64,000 bases of DNA from Phoronis australis (lineage: Eukaryota; Animalia; Phoronida), in the NCBI GenBank assembly GCA_002633005.1, contig NMRA01000157.1:549501-613500 (forward strand), in the 5' to 3' direction. Shown piece after piece: positions 27,301 to 42,300 of this stretch. The notes under the pieces were generated by a model. It was given only the letters and a program-made list of their open reading frames with translations. It was not told the origin of the DNA and searched no databases. Each line of letters begins with the position of its first letter. Position 1 is the stretch's first letter. The position numbers and the translations under genes are program-made.

Positions 27301-30300
27301 CTTGCCCACAGGGGTTTGATTAGAGATCCGTACGATGTCTGGCATCTCAGCAAACTCTGGCGCGTTGTCATTGTAGTCAGTGACCACCATTCTAACAATG
27401 GCAGTGCTTGATTTTGGGTCTTGGGCCTTGTCCGTAACTTGAACAACCAGTTCGTAGAATCGTTCTGATTCATAGTCCAAGGTTTTGCTGTTTGTGATGA
27501 CACCTGTTGAACTAATGCTGAATGTGTCCATGTTGTTGCCAGATATGATACTGTAGTCAATCTGTCCCGAGGCACCAGTGTCATCGTCCGTGGCGTTGAC
27601 CACAATTATTACCGTCCCGTTGTTAATGTTCTCTGGGAATGAGGCAAAGTAGCTGAACTCCAGAAACCTTGGCGCATGCAAATTTGAAGCATTTACAAAC
27701 ACCACAACAGAAACATTGGACAACAATGACGGAATACCATGGTCAACGACGTATACAGTCATCTCATATTTGGACTTGATCTTTTCATCTAGTTGACCTG
27801 TTAGATGTATTTCCCCAGAGCTGTAATCAATTTCAAATTTGCCGTCATGATCCACTAACCAATAAGTTAATTCGCTGTTGTGACCCGTGTCAGCATCACT
27901 GGCTTTGACAGTAACAATTGGACGGCCAATGGCTGCATCTTCAGGAACGCTTGCCAAGTACACTTTTCGCAGAAATCTTGGTGGATTGTCATTTACATCA
28001 ATGACAGAAATGTTCACCATAGTATAGTCGCATAAGTCTGGATCACAAACAGATACATTGAGCTCATGAATATACTGAAGCTCTCTATCCAACATTTGAC
28101 TTGTCTTAACACTTCCGGAGGAATCCACCTCGAAATAGTTACTTCCTCCCACAATAGTGTAGTTGAAAATTTTGGAATCCACATCAGAAACTGTCAACTG
28201 TAATAAAGAGTTAAGTGGCACTACATATTGCACTTCTTGAACTTTAGAACCAACATCCAACTTTTTAGACAACCTCTGCTAATTTGAGATTTTGTTTTCA
28301 TTCAAAAGCAGAACGTGAGGGAGCATCAGGGGCTGGTCATGTCAAAAGATCCAGTCTTAGTTAAGACGTCTGTAACTTCCATTTTAATTTGCACACTGAG
28401 TTCATTTACATGAAGTTCATTACACAATTTGTGAAGATAGTTCTTAACTCAACATCAATTTCTGTCGAAGGAAAAAACGCAGTCATATTAGCATTAATGA
28501 GCATACGACCCTCTCAGCAGCAGCAGGACTTGCGATCTTTGATAAAAAAGGTAAACAGTGCTGAGGCAAACTAAATGACTCTTGTTTAGCCTATGTTTGA
28601 GTCAATTATAAAATTTTCCAAAGATGAAACTTAAAGAATGAACAATAAATTTCAATGGCCGTGTTGATTCCATTTACAAATGATTCAAACACTGTTACAC
28701 GGTTTCAAAGACAAAAAATTATAAAACCATGAGGTGTTAAATTGGCTACTTGATCATTGGACTAAATTTATTCACATGTACCAGGACATCAGTAATTTCT
28801 TCAAGTGCTCATCCAGCCAAGTAAAACCCACCCACGTTTTCCAGCTTTTATACAAGAACACCTCCAGTTAATGTATTGTTGGACATGAGTACATACCTGA
28901 ACAACAAGAGCTCCAGATGGGTAATTTTCAGCCACTTGGGCTTGATAAATATTCTTCTGGAAAGATGGTGCCTTATCATTCTTGTCCAGCACATTCACAA
29001 CCACAGGCACTGCACTGGCCCGTGGGGGTGTGCCGCCATCCCTTGCCTCCACATACAGAACATGGCGTGCCTGTTCCTCATAGTCGGCACCTTTCTTCAC
29101 TGACAGCACACCCGTTGTTGTGTTGATGCCAAACAAGCCAATATCATTTCCACTCACAATACGGTAGGTTACCTTGCCCAAAGCACCGCTGTCTTTGTCT
29201 GAAGCATACACCTATGGAGAAAAGACAGTAAATGTGAACTTTGACACTACATTTTCTGATGAAAAGACTACACACTACAAATTAGACTGAGTTATTCAAA
29301 TAACAGAGTTCAGTTAGTGAGTACATAGTTTACAAACTCTAGCAGGATAAGTAAGCTTTACAAATAAACATTACTGCCTTTAATTCGTTGTTTTGGTGAA
29401 CATTGTAAAAATGTTCCTACAGCCAACTAATGAGGGAGCATGACAGATTCTTTACTTCCAGATCACACACTCAATAAACAACACTTTTGATTACTTAACA
29501 ACCCACGAGAAACAAGGTCGCAAGCTGGTCACATAAAGAATGATAGATAAGCATTTTTCCCATTGTTATAATACATAATACAGATAACGACAAGCATTTA
29601 TCTGTAATTATGTGATGTACTACCAAGGTATGGTATCCATATAACCTGTACAGTTATAACCAACAAAGACGCAACAAAGGAAAAAATAATATTTCCAATA
29701 GGTGATAACCATGCTACTAGCTTACAGCCATTGTATGGTTCTTGCAAGTTAAAGAATACCTTACGAACTGTGTACTACATCATTTGCCATGGGAAGGAAA
29801 ATAAATCTACTATTAAGTAGATAGTAAAAATGTTCTTATGAAACTTACTTGAATCAAAGACTGTGATTCCATGTTCTCTGGTAAGTTTGCTTCATACTTT
29901 GACTGGTTGAACATTGGTGAGTTATCATTGACATCAGTCACTAAAACATTGACTGTAGCCTGATCTATTGACTTGCCATCAGTAACTTGCACTTCCAAGG
30001 TATATGACTGGACTTTCTCATAATCCAAAATGGCTGCCGTGAAGAGGTTACCAGTGGTTAATTCTATTCGTAATGCTAAATGAAAAAATAAAAACAGAAT
30101 ATGAGTTACGTTTCATTCAAAAATATTTCATCAGAAAATTCCCCATTACAGTTAAAAAGTTCCATAAAAGAGAGGAATGCAAAACTTAACGATTATCAAA
30201 CTATGTGGAAATGTCTGCACACAAAATATTGAACTGTGAGCATTAAAAGATTCAACATTTTCGATAAATTGCGACCCATTAAAATGTATAAAATAGCAAA

Positions 30301-33300
30301 ACAGCTTAAGTACCTTTAAGGTCTGCAGTGATTATGGTGTAGTTCAACTGCTGGGTGTCCTCATCAGTAGCACGCAGGCTTCCAACAAAGAAGTTTAAGG
30401 GAGATAACTCCACTAAACTGAAGTTGTACACGCGGTGACTGAACTCTGGTGGACTGTCATTGATATCAGTAACACGAACATTCACCTGCGCAGAGCTGAA
30501 AGTCAAGTGTAGTTTAGAAACTAAAAGATGTCAAAAATTCTGCAACACTTCAGTGAATGCACGAAGCTTCTGTTATGATCTCAATAGCAGAATGAATTAC
30601 CAGTACATGACAACGTGATCAGGATAGAATAAAATCTACTTCTTGTTTGACTTTCAGGTCCCTCATGACATATAACAACTGTGATTGAAAGTTTTGTTCC
30701 CATTCAGCCGTCATAACAGGAAACTACGCGTTATTCTGTTGAATCAGTCGCCTTGCACTGTACATTTAATGAGTTGTAACATATTTACAAATTTTAGTTA
30801 AATCACTGCTTGGCCATGGTTTTACTTTCCATTCCCTATATGGTACAATTAGTTAAACTAAAGGTAAAGAAAATGACGCACACAAGTTCCCCGGCAATGA
30901 AAAATGTGTGAACTTCAAACACAAAATGAATGCTGACAAAGGCACTACTTCAAAGTATTGTTTCGCAGTTTATAAACAATTAACAACTTTTTCACTCAGC
31001 TTAAAAGCAGCAACCAAGGAAAGAAGCACGTTTTTCTCCTTACAGACTGAAAGGTAGCCCAAGAAGATGCAAGTGTTCAACGGACCAGCATGCACTGCTA
31101 ACTTTGCATTCCTCACAATTTTTGTGTCTTGGCCACAAAAACATAACTTCAAAATGAATGCTGGTATGTTATGGTATTATGCTCTGGACACACCGTGCTT
31201 ACCTAGAGAGAGGTGGATGACCGTGGTCAGAGGCGATCACTCTGAAACTATAGTCTGAAGATTTTTCAAAGTCCAAAGGTTTACTGACAGTAATCTCTCC
31301 TGTAACTGCATCAACTGCAAATGGAACCTGTACAAAAACAAGACAGTTTCAAAACTCCAGGTAAAACTGAATTGACACCAGCTAATTAAAAACTAACAAT
31401 GTATTGCTTAATACTCCGACAAACCATAACTCTAGATAGAAAAAACACAAGCTACGTACCTTTTGAAACTTGTTCTTAATCAATTAAAGTAATGAAGGAA
31501 GTGATTGTTGCTGAGTTACCACTTTGTTGATAGAAACTTGCTTAGATACCATTTAGGTATTGGCTCTTGGAAATCAATAAAAGAACTTTGCTAAAAATAA
31601 TGTGGGCAGGTGTTTTTTTCGTTAAACAGAAACAACTATGCTATTTTCTTTGGCTTAATCCTGTGAAATTATAAACAATGAACTGTAGTACTGAAGAACC
31701 AAAACAAAAGGTAGCATCTTGAGACATGAGTGAAAGACAATGATTTTGAAAGACAGCACTGCGTGTGACTTTAAGTTAACAAGACAGAAACCAAGAACTT
31801 GCATACAGCTAAATATCTACAAAATCTCAAATTCAAGATGGCAGAAAGCAAGTTTGTACCGTTTCTGCGATACAGTGCTCGGTGCCTAGACAAACTTGAC
31901 CAGTTCTTATCAATGATCCAAAATTAAAAGAAGCACAAATGGTAAACAAAAAGAGAAGTACAATGCAATACCAAACAGAGTGGAGCTTGATAACCATTGT
32001 GTTGAGTCTGTGCAGATAGGGGGCGCTTGATATAATCTGAACCAAGAACAAAAAAACTCTACATCTGAATGGGACATGCACTAAATAAGGGTCCCAAGTG
32101 TTTAGCTTGGAATTCTTCACTAGCTCCACCTACAGCAAAATCAGGCCAGTTTAGGACTCAATAGCTGACAAGTGAAATTCTCTTTTTTCTCAAATGGTAC
32201 ACAGTACCTAATTAGTGCATCGTTGTTAGGATCTATACCATACCTACCTTGTGGCAGTGCTTCTGGGAAATTGTGGACATTTCAAAAATGTTGATAACCG
32301 TTGAAAAAAGACCCATGTTGGCAATAATTATTGTTTTTGTTCAAAAATGCTGACGTCTGACATTTTATAGTAGTGAAACAATATGTATGATTTGACAAAT
32401 AGCATCATTTTATTGCATTGTGACCACTCTATCCTCTGGCTTAAATGTGATACAGCGCACTACTGACGAACCTAGCCATAAATCCTGACCACAAAGCAGG
32501 CGTCAGTGCATCACAGAAGGTAAGAATAAGCTAATCTAATCAGAGATGAAAAATGGGAGGAAAAAGCATTCAGTTTTCATGCATTAAAAGCAAATTTAGG
32601 CAAATGCTTCTTGAACATCAGATCATGCACTTCCAGAGAACAATGTTGCCCTCAGCATCCAGCCACATGTAACATTTGCTCTCCTTCTGTTCATACAATA
32701 ATAAACACATACCACCCATATTTGTAAAATGTTAACATATGGAAGGGGTAATAGAATATCAGAAGACAAACACTACGGAATGATGCAGTCATACCTGGTC
32801 ATCAATAGAGAATGTGACACGACCATTTTCACCAGAGTCGACATCAGTGACATTCATAGATGCAATGACAGAGTCGTTAACATTGGCACTTTCTAGAACG
32901 TTCACAGTGTAGGAAGCTAAAAAATAAAAGTAAAGAACTATGAACAAATCTATAAATTACAAAAACGTTTGAAACAGATTCAGCACTATATTGTGACTTT
33001 GCCAAGACAGTTTAATTAGAATCAAGAGTTTGTACAAATTTTCCAACTTAACAATGTGGCAGACAGCAAAAACATGTAATTGCAGACAAAAACTCAACCA
33101 CATCAATAAGATAAGAATCAAAGGATCACATTAACACACATGATGGGCTATAGTTTCACTTCCAATAGAAAAGTTACAAAGATTAAGTCAAATTGGGCCT
33201 CACTAAGTGCAAAGAGAAAACATTAAAGGAAACAAAGCATTGACAAATACACCTAGATGTAAAAGGAAGTTGGAGATTATTACCTCGTTGAAAGACTGGA

Positions 33301-36300
33301 GGGTTATCATTGACGTCAATGACTGTGATGTTTACAGATGCTGTACTGTTCAGACTGCGGTCAGCTGCAGTCACCTGAATCAAACATATACAGAGCTTAT
33401 CACTGTGTGAGATGGATCAGACTCCAATAAATGAGAAGAAAGTATACAGCATACTACCATTCATTGCCAGAAATGACTGAAAATGAAAGAATAGGTGGAG
33501 CTCAATAATAAAGGGTTTAACAATTGCTTAACACCACTCACAGACACGCCGACAGGTTCTAAGACAGCAAAAAGCCATAACCATAACTACTTTGGGTATA
33601 GTAATAAAGTATAAAATTGGATACTAGTAATTCTGAATTCTTCATAAAATGTTCATGGTTTTTAGCTTCTGTATAATAAATATCAATCAAAATGTTTCAC
33701 TGAGGTCAGGTCAGTTTATGGAGCAGCTGGTAAATAATTTATAAGTGTGTTTTCACTGCATATAGCCAACTGCACAGAATGCTCAACAAAATAGAAAGTC
33801 CTTACCAAAATTTCCCCATAGCTCAGTATCTCAAATGGCTACTGAACAAGACAAAGATGTATTGGAGAAAAAATGATGATGTTACATTCTGTCATGTAAA
33901 TTTATACACAAACAATTCACAAAGCATAAACCAGAAAACATTCCTTCAGTAAGCTGAAGACTCCTGCAAATAATGTCGACTGTCATTTCATGTACATGAC
34001 CAAAACATGGGACTTACAGTCGAAAATGGGAATAGCTAGAATGTACACCTTCAGGAAGCAGAAAATTAAATAGCGTCACGGAAGAGACAGACAAACACGA
34101 TACTACTTGACCACGAAGAAGCTCTTTAAGGGCAAGGTTGAAATCTCAACTAAAACGCAAGAGTTGTTGAGAAGGGTGCCTTTCAATGTTCTGTACCTGA
34201 ATGATGAAGCCGGTGTCCCCCTTTTCATAGTCAAGGTGATCTTTAAGACTAATGATTCCCATTGTGTCGTCAATGTTAAATTTGGTAGGCCCGTCAATGG
34301 TGTATCTGATTTCTGCGTTGGAATCACTATCTGTGGCTATCACCCTACAGAAAACAAAGAGGAAAAATGAACAAGCATCAAACTTGAATGTGATTTAAAG
34401 ACAAGGGTTCTAAATTCAAAAAGCTGTGTTCTCTATTACTCAAATGTACTGTTAATCGTTTTCAAAATACTCATTCAAACAAAGCATTACAAGACTATTT
34501 CTGATGAAAACATTCGAACTGTGAGTTGCATCTGACATCAAGGACAAAAAAGAGGAAAATTTTCCAGGTGATGTATCGTTCCACAAATAAAGAGGTTTGT
34601 GTGACAGAAATATTTTTGTGTCGTGAAATTTAACTAAAATAAACATTTTGTATGAATGAGGTAAAAATAATAAAAAAACAGATGAAAAGAGGAAATTGCA
34701 AATCAAAGAAGAAATTGCAACCAAAAAAGAGGAAATTGAAACCGAAAAAGAGGAAATCCTCTCAAAAGAGGAAAATTCCAAGCTAAAGACTATGTCTGCT
34801 AAAACAAAGTGATATGCCACCAAACAATTTATATTCGTGATTTTCATTGGTTCAATATTTTCCCGTTTTTATTAAACCCAGCAGTAATACCTTATTATGC
34901 TAAAGCCAATGTTGTGGTTTTCTTTCACTTGAGCATGGTATAAGTTCTGGGTGAAGAGTGGTGGATTATCATTGATGTCCTACAAAAGGGAAGCCAATAA
35001 CATTGATGTCTTAACAGTAACAAGAAATTATTCATTATTTCTATCAGAATTATCAAGAGATGTGATTGAAACTTAAGTAAAAAGTAACACCTCTGAAGAG
35101 GGAATAATTGCTACATTAATCCCTTCAATTACATAATGCAAACAAAGCTTGAAAGTGATCAATCTATCCCTAAAATAAGAGCTTAAGCACAAATTGGCTT
35201 ACTTTAACATTAACTGTGACTGTGACAGTGGCATTTGTCAGATTAACTGCTGCTGGCCCTTGGAACGCAACCACATTGTAGGCAAGAACTTCCAGAGAGT
35301 ACTGCTTTTGGGCCTCATGGTCAAGTTTCACGCGAGTAGACAGTTGGCCAGAGTCGGGATCAATCTTAAACAATGTCTGATTACCACTGGTGAGAGCATA
35401 TTTTACAACGCCATTTTCTCCATCGTCCGCATCAGTCACCTAAAAAGATTTGTCCAGTGTTTAAATAAACAGATCACAGGACGTGAGCACAGCATATGCC
35501 AAAGAAACAAGAATGACACAAAGCATCGAAATGCGCCCACGACAGTGCTACAAACAGTACGCTTCTAGGTGGTGTTTATTAGTATCGTCTAATATATAAT
35601 TAGACTAATTCTGAAAAAATTGTAAATCAACTGATGCTCGCCCATCCAAGCAATCAAAACATACACCACAAATCTGTCCGGCTATCTTAACAATAATCAA
35701 GGGACAACAATATCTTGTCTAAAACTATGATTGTCAACGGGGCACAATGGTCATCAGCCCCATAATTAAGTGGTGTCTGCACTTCCTAGTCATGAACTTT
35801 CGTGTCAAATTTCATCAAAACCTGTCAAGCCATAGTAATCAACAGAAAAGTAATATCTTGTCAAAAAGGAATATGGCCAATGAGGTCATTTTGCCGAAAA
35901 CTGAGACAAGGAATTTCTTATCAAAAACTAAAATGGCCCACAAAGGGTGTCATCATAGTAGGTCAATCCATTGAAAATCAACTGTTTACAGTGCCTTTCC
36001 ACCATAAACTTCAGCATAAAATTTCAGCAAAAAATTCATTACATCCCTTGGCCTTAAACTGATTTTCAAAAAATTACTTGTCAGCGACCAACAGGGGGTG
36101 CCATGGCAGTCAAGACATTTAGCTAAAAACTGATGAACAAGGAATTGCTTGTCAAAAACAGAAAACCAGGAATGCGACAGCATTCAAAAACATCCAAACA
36201 AAATTGGTATGGGCCAGTACATTCGCACCTCTGCATCAAGGTTTTGACAAAATTAGATAACCCGTTTCGGTAAAAATAGAATGCGGAGGAATTTCTTATC

Positions 36301-39300
36301 GAAAACTAAAACTACCTACACAGGGTCCAAAAGTAATCTATGAAATCCGAAATATCAAAAAGTTTTGGTGCATCTGCGTCACAAAGCTCTGTGGCACATC
36401 TCATCATGATCTGTCAAGTGTTTTTTGACAAAAATCTACAGACAAGGAAAAGTGACAACAGATGGAAGGGATGCCAACTGCATGCAACTACATAAATTCA
36501 AAAACACAACAGTACTCAGAGAGAGTTCAATTGTGATAAGCATTACTTAGACAACTTATCAATTCAGGACTAACAAGAAATGAGAATTGATTTCCCTTAA
36601 CTCTAACAAAACACTGGTAACACATCAGTTCTCAACAAAGCAATTATGTTAGTTGTGCTGGTGTCTGCCTTTTTCGACAAAGTAATATGGCTCCCAAGAC
36701 AGATTTCCTGTAGTTATACAATGGACTGCCTGCAGAATGCATAATTTGTGTGACACAAAAAAGGCAAATGTTGTTGTTTCCTCATTCCCGGGGACTGTCA
36801 ACTTGTCGTAAACAAACGAGAAAGTTAACATAATTGATTATTTTAAATTTGCAAAGCAGCTGTTGAGTGATGACGAAAACACTTCTATGAACAAACTACA
36901 ACTCAGAATGTCAAAGTTCAGTTTGGAAGCTCAGAATATTGACAACTCTAATTGCTAAGATGTCTACTATTCAAAAGATTTCCAAAACTTCAAAAAGTCG
37001 TTGGTAATAAAAGTAAATCATATTCAACATTTAATTGTATTCATTTCTCAAATACCTCAATTTTCAAGAGAACTGTTGCTGCAGTATTCTCGCCGATTTC
37101 AACCATCTCAGTTGACCTGACAGCTACAGGTCCATTATCATTGATATCCAACACTTTAACACTGACATCCGTTGCATTGCACTGCTTGGGTATTCCATTA
37201 TCACACGCGCTGACAGTGAAAGCATAATTGGCGTCCACTTCACGGTCCAGAAGCTTCCTCACCGAGAGAGTACCAGTACCAGAATCAATCTCAAAAAATT
37301 CTTTGGCCCTGAAGAAATAACAGATCTTACATAGATTCTTTTCTGACATGAAAGTCCAAACTGAACATAATGAAATAAATTCAAGCCTCCCAAAGATTAC
37401 TCAAAGCGTCCTCACCAAGAAAAAGTCTCACACGGGTCATTTCAGGCACGAAATAAAAATCACTATTTTGGAATCACTTTGCATGCCAGGTACATAAAAT
37501 GGATAAGAATCCCTAGAATAAAAATTGATCATGGTCAACAAATTCATTGCCAGATTTCTCTTGTAGTAGATGAACTACACACAAAGTGAACTCTGGCTGG
37601 GATCACAAGTCTATGAACAATCATGGCAATGAATTTGACAATAAAATGTTCTGAAAACCCAAAAGATGTTTTAAGGAGCAATTTTGGACGCAATATCCCA
37701 AACAGCCTCAGAAGCACTTGTTTTTGCAAGAGGACAACTAAACCACAGGTTCTAAAAAGAATACCATGTTACTGCTTTCAGTCCTTCTGACCGATTCCTT
37801 TCCCGGCTGCACACTGGATGGTACAAAAGAGGACCCGGCTCAAATTATGTAACAATTTTGTTACAAGGGCATAGTTTACTGATATTTGTGAGCTTATAAC
37901 TCATTGCTCATGTGTAGGTATGAGACAACTAGGTAAAAATTCAAGCCCATATTCAGGCCAGTGACTTGGCAACAATATCTGCAGTGTTGACTGACATGAC
38001 AGGCATGACAGAAGCCTAAATTTAAGTCTCTGGTTAAAGTAGACTGTGAAATAGTCGACATGTCTCATGAACAACCCCCCCCCCCTGTATTATTCAAAGC
38101 TGAATAGGGCATTGTTATTCATATTAAGAAGTATGTTGATTCATACCATGTGAAGACATGTAATGAGACGCACTTGACTAACGTTACATTATCAAGTAAG
38201 TGACATGATGTAAACCTTTGACATGGTTATGAGTAAAACCTACACTAAGCTGACACTGCAGGACAGGTTTTGACAACAGAGGCTCTTTCCATAACACTAG
38301 TATCTTGTGAGTCAGGCAAGATCCCGCCAAGCTAAAGTGAAATGGAATGTCAGGACATCAAGTAATGGGAAAATCAGTATTTTCCTTGTAAGAGGTAAGA
38401 TTTGAACTACAAGTGAATAGCGATTATTTAGGAAACACACCCACACGTTAACATAGTCATCCCAAAATCTTCAATTTTAATACTCACCAAGAGCTGGCGA
38501 TGGAGTAAATAATCTTGGAGTTGTCCCCCATGTCACTGTCTTCAGCGTAAACTATTACTCCACTCAAGGGAGATACTTTCTCTTCAACAACAGTGTACTC
38601 GTACTTTGACTGATTGAACTGTGGCACGTTGTCATTGACATCAAGTATTGTCACATTCAAAATGGCGTTTTCACTCTGCAATTGTAAAGCTTGATTCAAG
38701 TATTGTTTTTAGAAATTGCAAGAAAATTGATGTAATTACAGTCTACGTTGCATGCAGGTCGCAGAATGGGTTAAGGCAATCAGATAAAACCTAACATGTT
38801 GTAATGGTCTTTTAATACAAAGGAATAAATAAATCCCAATTCCTGACTCACACCATAGGAAGATAAGTTATGGCGGGAGAAATATACCTGCACAAATAAG
38901 CCATCATAAAATTGCAGACACTCTGCAGGTCAAGCAAAAAAGAAAGCTGCCACCAAAATAATGCTTAACGTACACATCATGTTTCATGTATTGTGCCTTT
39001 TGTTTTATATCCATCTCCCCATCAACTTTACAACTTCAACAATGCCTAAAACATGTGAGTTTCAACAAATTTCTTCAAATATATGCTCTTTAATTTGTCA
39101 AGAAGGTCAATGTAGCAAAACTGCTCATCTCCGTGACTAGTTCTGCAAAATGGCTAACATTTATTTGTTTGTTACACAAAAGACCTCTGGCCCATATACG
39201 CAATTATAAAGTACTTTATAAAAACTTCAGTATCTACATAGTCTGTTTTGTTACCAGCTGCTAACAAATACTTACTAGAGCTAATACAAAAATTTCAGTA

Positions 39301-42300
39301 TCTACATAGTCTGTTTTGTTACCAGCTGCTAACAAATACTTACTAGAGCTAATACAAAAATTTAAGTATCTACATAGTCTGTTTTGTTACCAGCTGCTAA
39401 CAAATACTTACTAGAGCTAAATTCAAATGATCACACTTCAGCATGGCATTTACTAACAATGGTGATTTCACAGTTCACGCCTACAATCTTGAAAGTTGTT
39501 CTGAAATCTTCACAAAGTGGACACTCAATTAAAGCATGATATCCGTCTTCTACAACATGTAGGTCACAAACAGTACATAACCAATTATTTTGCGGGAATT
39601 TTTTCTTTCTATTTTTGTAAGTTATGATCATTTGATCATTTAAATCTTGCTTTCAGATATTTTGTATCTTTGATGTTTGCAGGATCTGTAAGTATCTAAT
39701 TGACATTCAACTATTCCCAGTGCCACTGCTGCCTATCAATGTCTAAATTTCGTTGTTTAAACTACATCAAAAATAGTGAACTATTTCTGCCAAATGGCCT
39801 GTACAGTAATAAAGTCTAACGTAATAAACAGGAAGGAACTATTACTAATCATCAAAATAGTACTGACTGCGTGCTGTTAACATAACACCATTTCTTACAC
39901 ATTCCACTGCATGAAATTCAGCCTGTAAAAATAACTTAGCATAACATTTTACAAGAATGCAATACCAGAGCAGAAGAAGCACATGAAAGCATTGGTAAAG
40001 GAGTTATCATGGTAGAAGGAGTGATGTTTACTTACAAACTGTCCATCAGAGACACCTATTGCTAATGAGTAGAATGCCTTCTCTTCTCGATCAAGTAGTT
40101 GCACCGTTTCTACAACTCCAGTAAGAGCACTGCAAGTAAGATTTCACAAAAAAGTATAAAGCTGCTGATAAACAATGATTTCAGTGTTTTGCAACAAACA
40201 CGTTCGAGTAGATGGTCATTCTTTCATCAGGTGGAACTGATCCGGTTTTGAAAAACAATTAACATCAGATGATGTACAGCAAATTATCGTTAAAACAGAG
40301 CTGCTGCATAATTCAGAGGAAAAAGTAATAATCACAATATGCTATTTACCACTTTCAAATATCAAAACCAAATTTGTTAATTTAGGAAATGGCCAGGAAA
40401 AAAATGATTGCCAAATTTGAGTCTGCTTTTGAAATGCAAAATCAGAATCTCTAACAATGGTAACAGGGTGATAGCTTAACTACCAAAGGTTGGTAGTAAT
40501 AATGTCAAGATGACTACCAACACAAGAGACTGGCCTCTGCTAGAAGCAAAAACTTGGACATGATAAAACAACTAAAAGCCCAGACTTGATAAAACTTACT
40601 TGACTTTGAACGCCCCATTCCCACCACTAACAAGGCTGTACTTCAGAACTGCGTCCGAGTCTAGATCTGTGGCCTAACAACAATTCATTTCATGTTACTA
40701 CATTAGATTTATTTTTGTACTGTGAGAAAAGAATAAAAACTGTTGTGACACAATAAAATTAAGACACACACAAAAAGCTATTCAATGCAAGGATATAACC
40801 AATGTAAGACACTTGAACATATACCTTCCCAATTCAGAAGTACTATAACTTGGCAGTAATCTTTCTCGTATACATATTTCATTGAAGACACGACTTTGAT
40901 CTGTTTTTACTATTTAATTTCAGTTCTTTTAAACTCTCTAAATAGAGATCTTGTCTTTACATCACAATAAATGCAATAAAAACTCAAACGATATCAGTAG
41001 GTAACATAATTTAAGAAAAGGATATTTCGAGACACATATCTCATCTTCAGGCTACTATTTACAACTAGTTCACAGTGAAACGCACATCAGAAATGATAAA
41101 TGCAATATAACACGTGAAGTTGGCATGCGCAACTATGACAACAAAAACACACATGTGACCCACCACCACAAAATGAGTCTTAAGTCGGGATTTGTCATTT
41201 TTTTAATTGTTATTTTTTCTGAAAATACAGTATTTTCTAATCATTTTGATACATGAAACATGTCCTTATCTTCACAAATGACCGAGTTATTGCCAATTCT
41301 AGTCGGGGAAAGCGAAAATTTAGAGCTTTCAAAAGTCAAGGAAAATGGCCGACAAAAAGTGCTGATAGTGTCTTTAAAATTTCCATAGCAACCTGCAGTT
41401 GAATGCTACATTTCAGACTTATTAGTATACACAACAACATAAACAAATAAAAGAAATAAAAAATTAGAAAGAATATAGACCTTATTATGTAATCTCAGCC
41501 AAAAAGGAGTGATATTCATGTTGGGTTGGTGCAACTGGGTCAATAAATTTCCCAGCTTATGTATACAGGGTCAGTCCACTTGTGGCAGGAGGGGTTACCG
41601 CAAGTAAAACAAGTAGTTAAAGTGTATTTTGGAGAAGTTTAATAAAATGAAGTCTTGTAGATTACAAAATACATGTACCTGGCTGATTTTTGTTCAAAAT
41701 AATTCAAAATTTTACGCTAGTGTGAATAATTTTGAAAAAAATGACAATCACTCATCCCTATCCAAGTCCACTGACACTGACTGAAGAGCAACGATTTCCT
41801 CGACTTCTCACCGAGTGATTCAGCCCTATCAAAGATTGTTCTCTCTAGCAGTAATATTCAGCTGCTTGCACCCCGATCGACTGGCTTTGCAGATACAAGA
41901 CATTGTTGTGCGATTAAGCTAATCCGGACTGTTTTCTTCAAGTTCTGTTTGTTCCAATCCAACGACTTGGAATCCAACGTAACCGTATTCGCGATGGGTC
42001 GATCATGAAACTCCTCTGGCGACGAGTTGCTGCCGTCAGACGACTCGTCGCTGTCACGAAATTGCTCCTTGTCTCCATCAACAAATGTGCTCTTTGATGA
42101 GTTCAGTTAATTCTCGCTGATCTTGATACGGCAGTCAGAGGCAAGAGTTAATCACTGAGATATCAGCTACACGGCGACCAGCCATCTTACTGTCTTGAAA
42201 ACATGCCGTGACCTCGCGACCCCACAGTTTCACACCCACTTAACTAGTTCTAGCGAATGAGGTCAGCGATGCATTGGGTTAAAAGGTCGTTGCTAGCTAA

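Noticed and set aside
27258-27605. Alternative-frame and antisense ORFs over exons (also 9716, 28876, 35194, 36952)
   Set aside because: Shadows of cadherin codon usage; no independent features.
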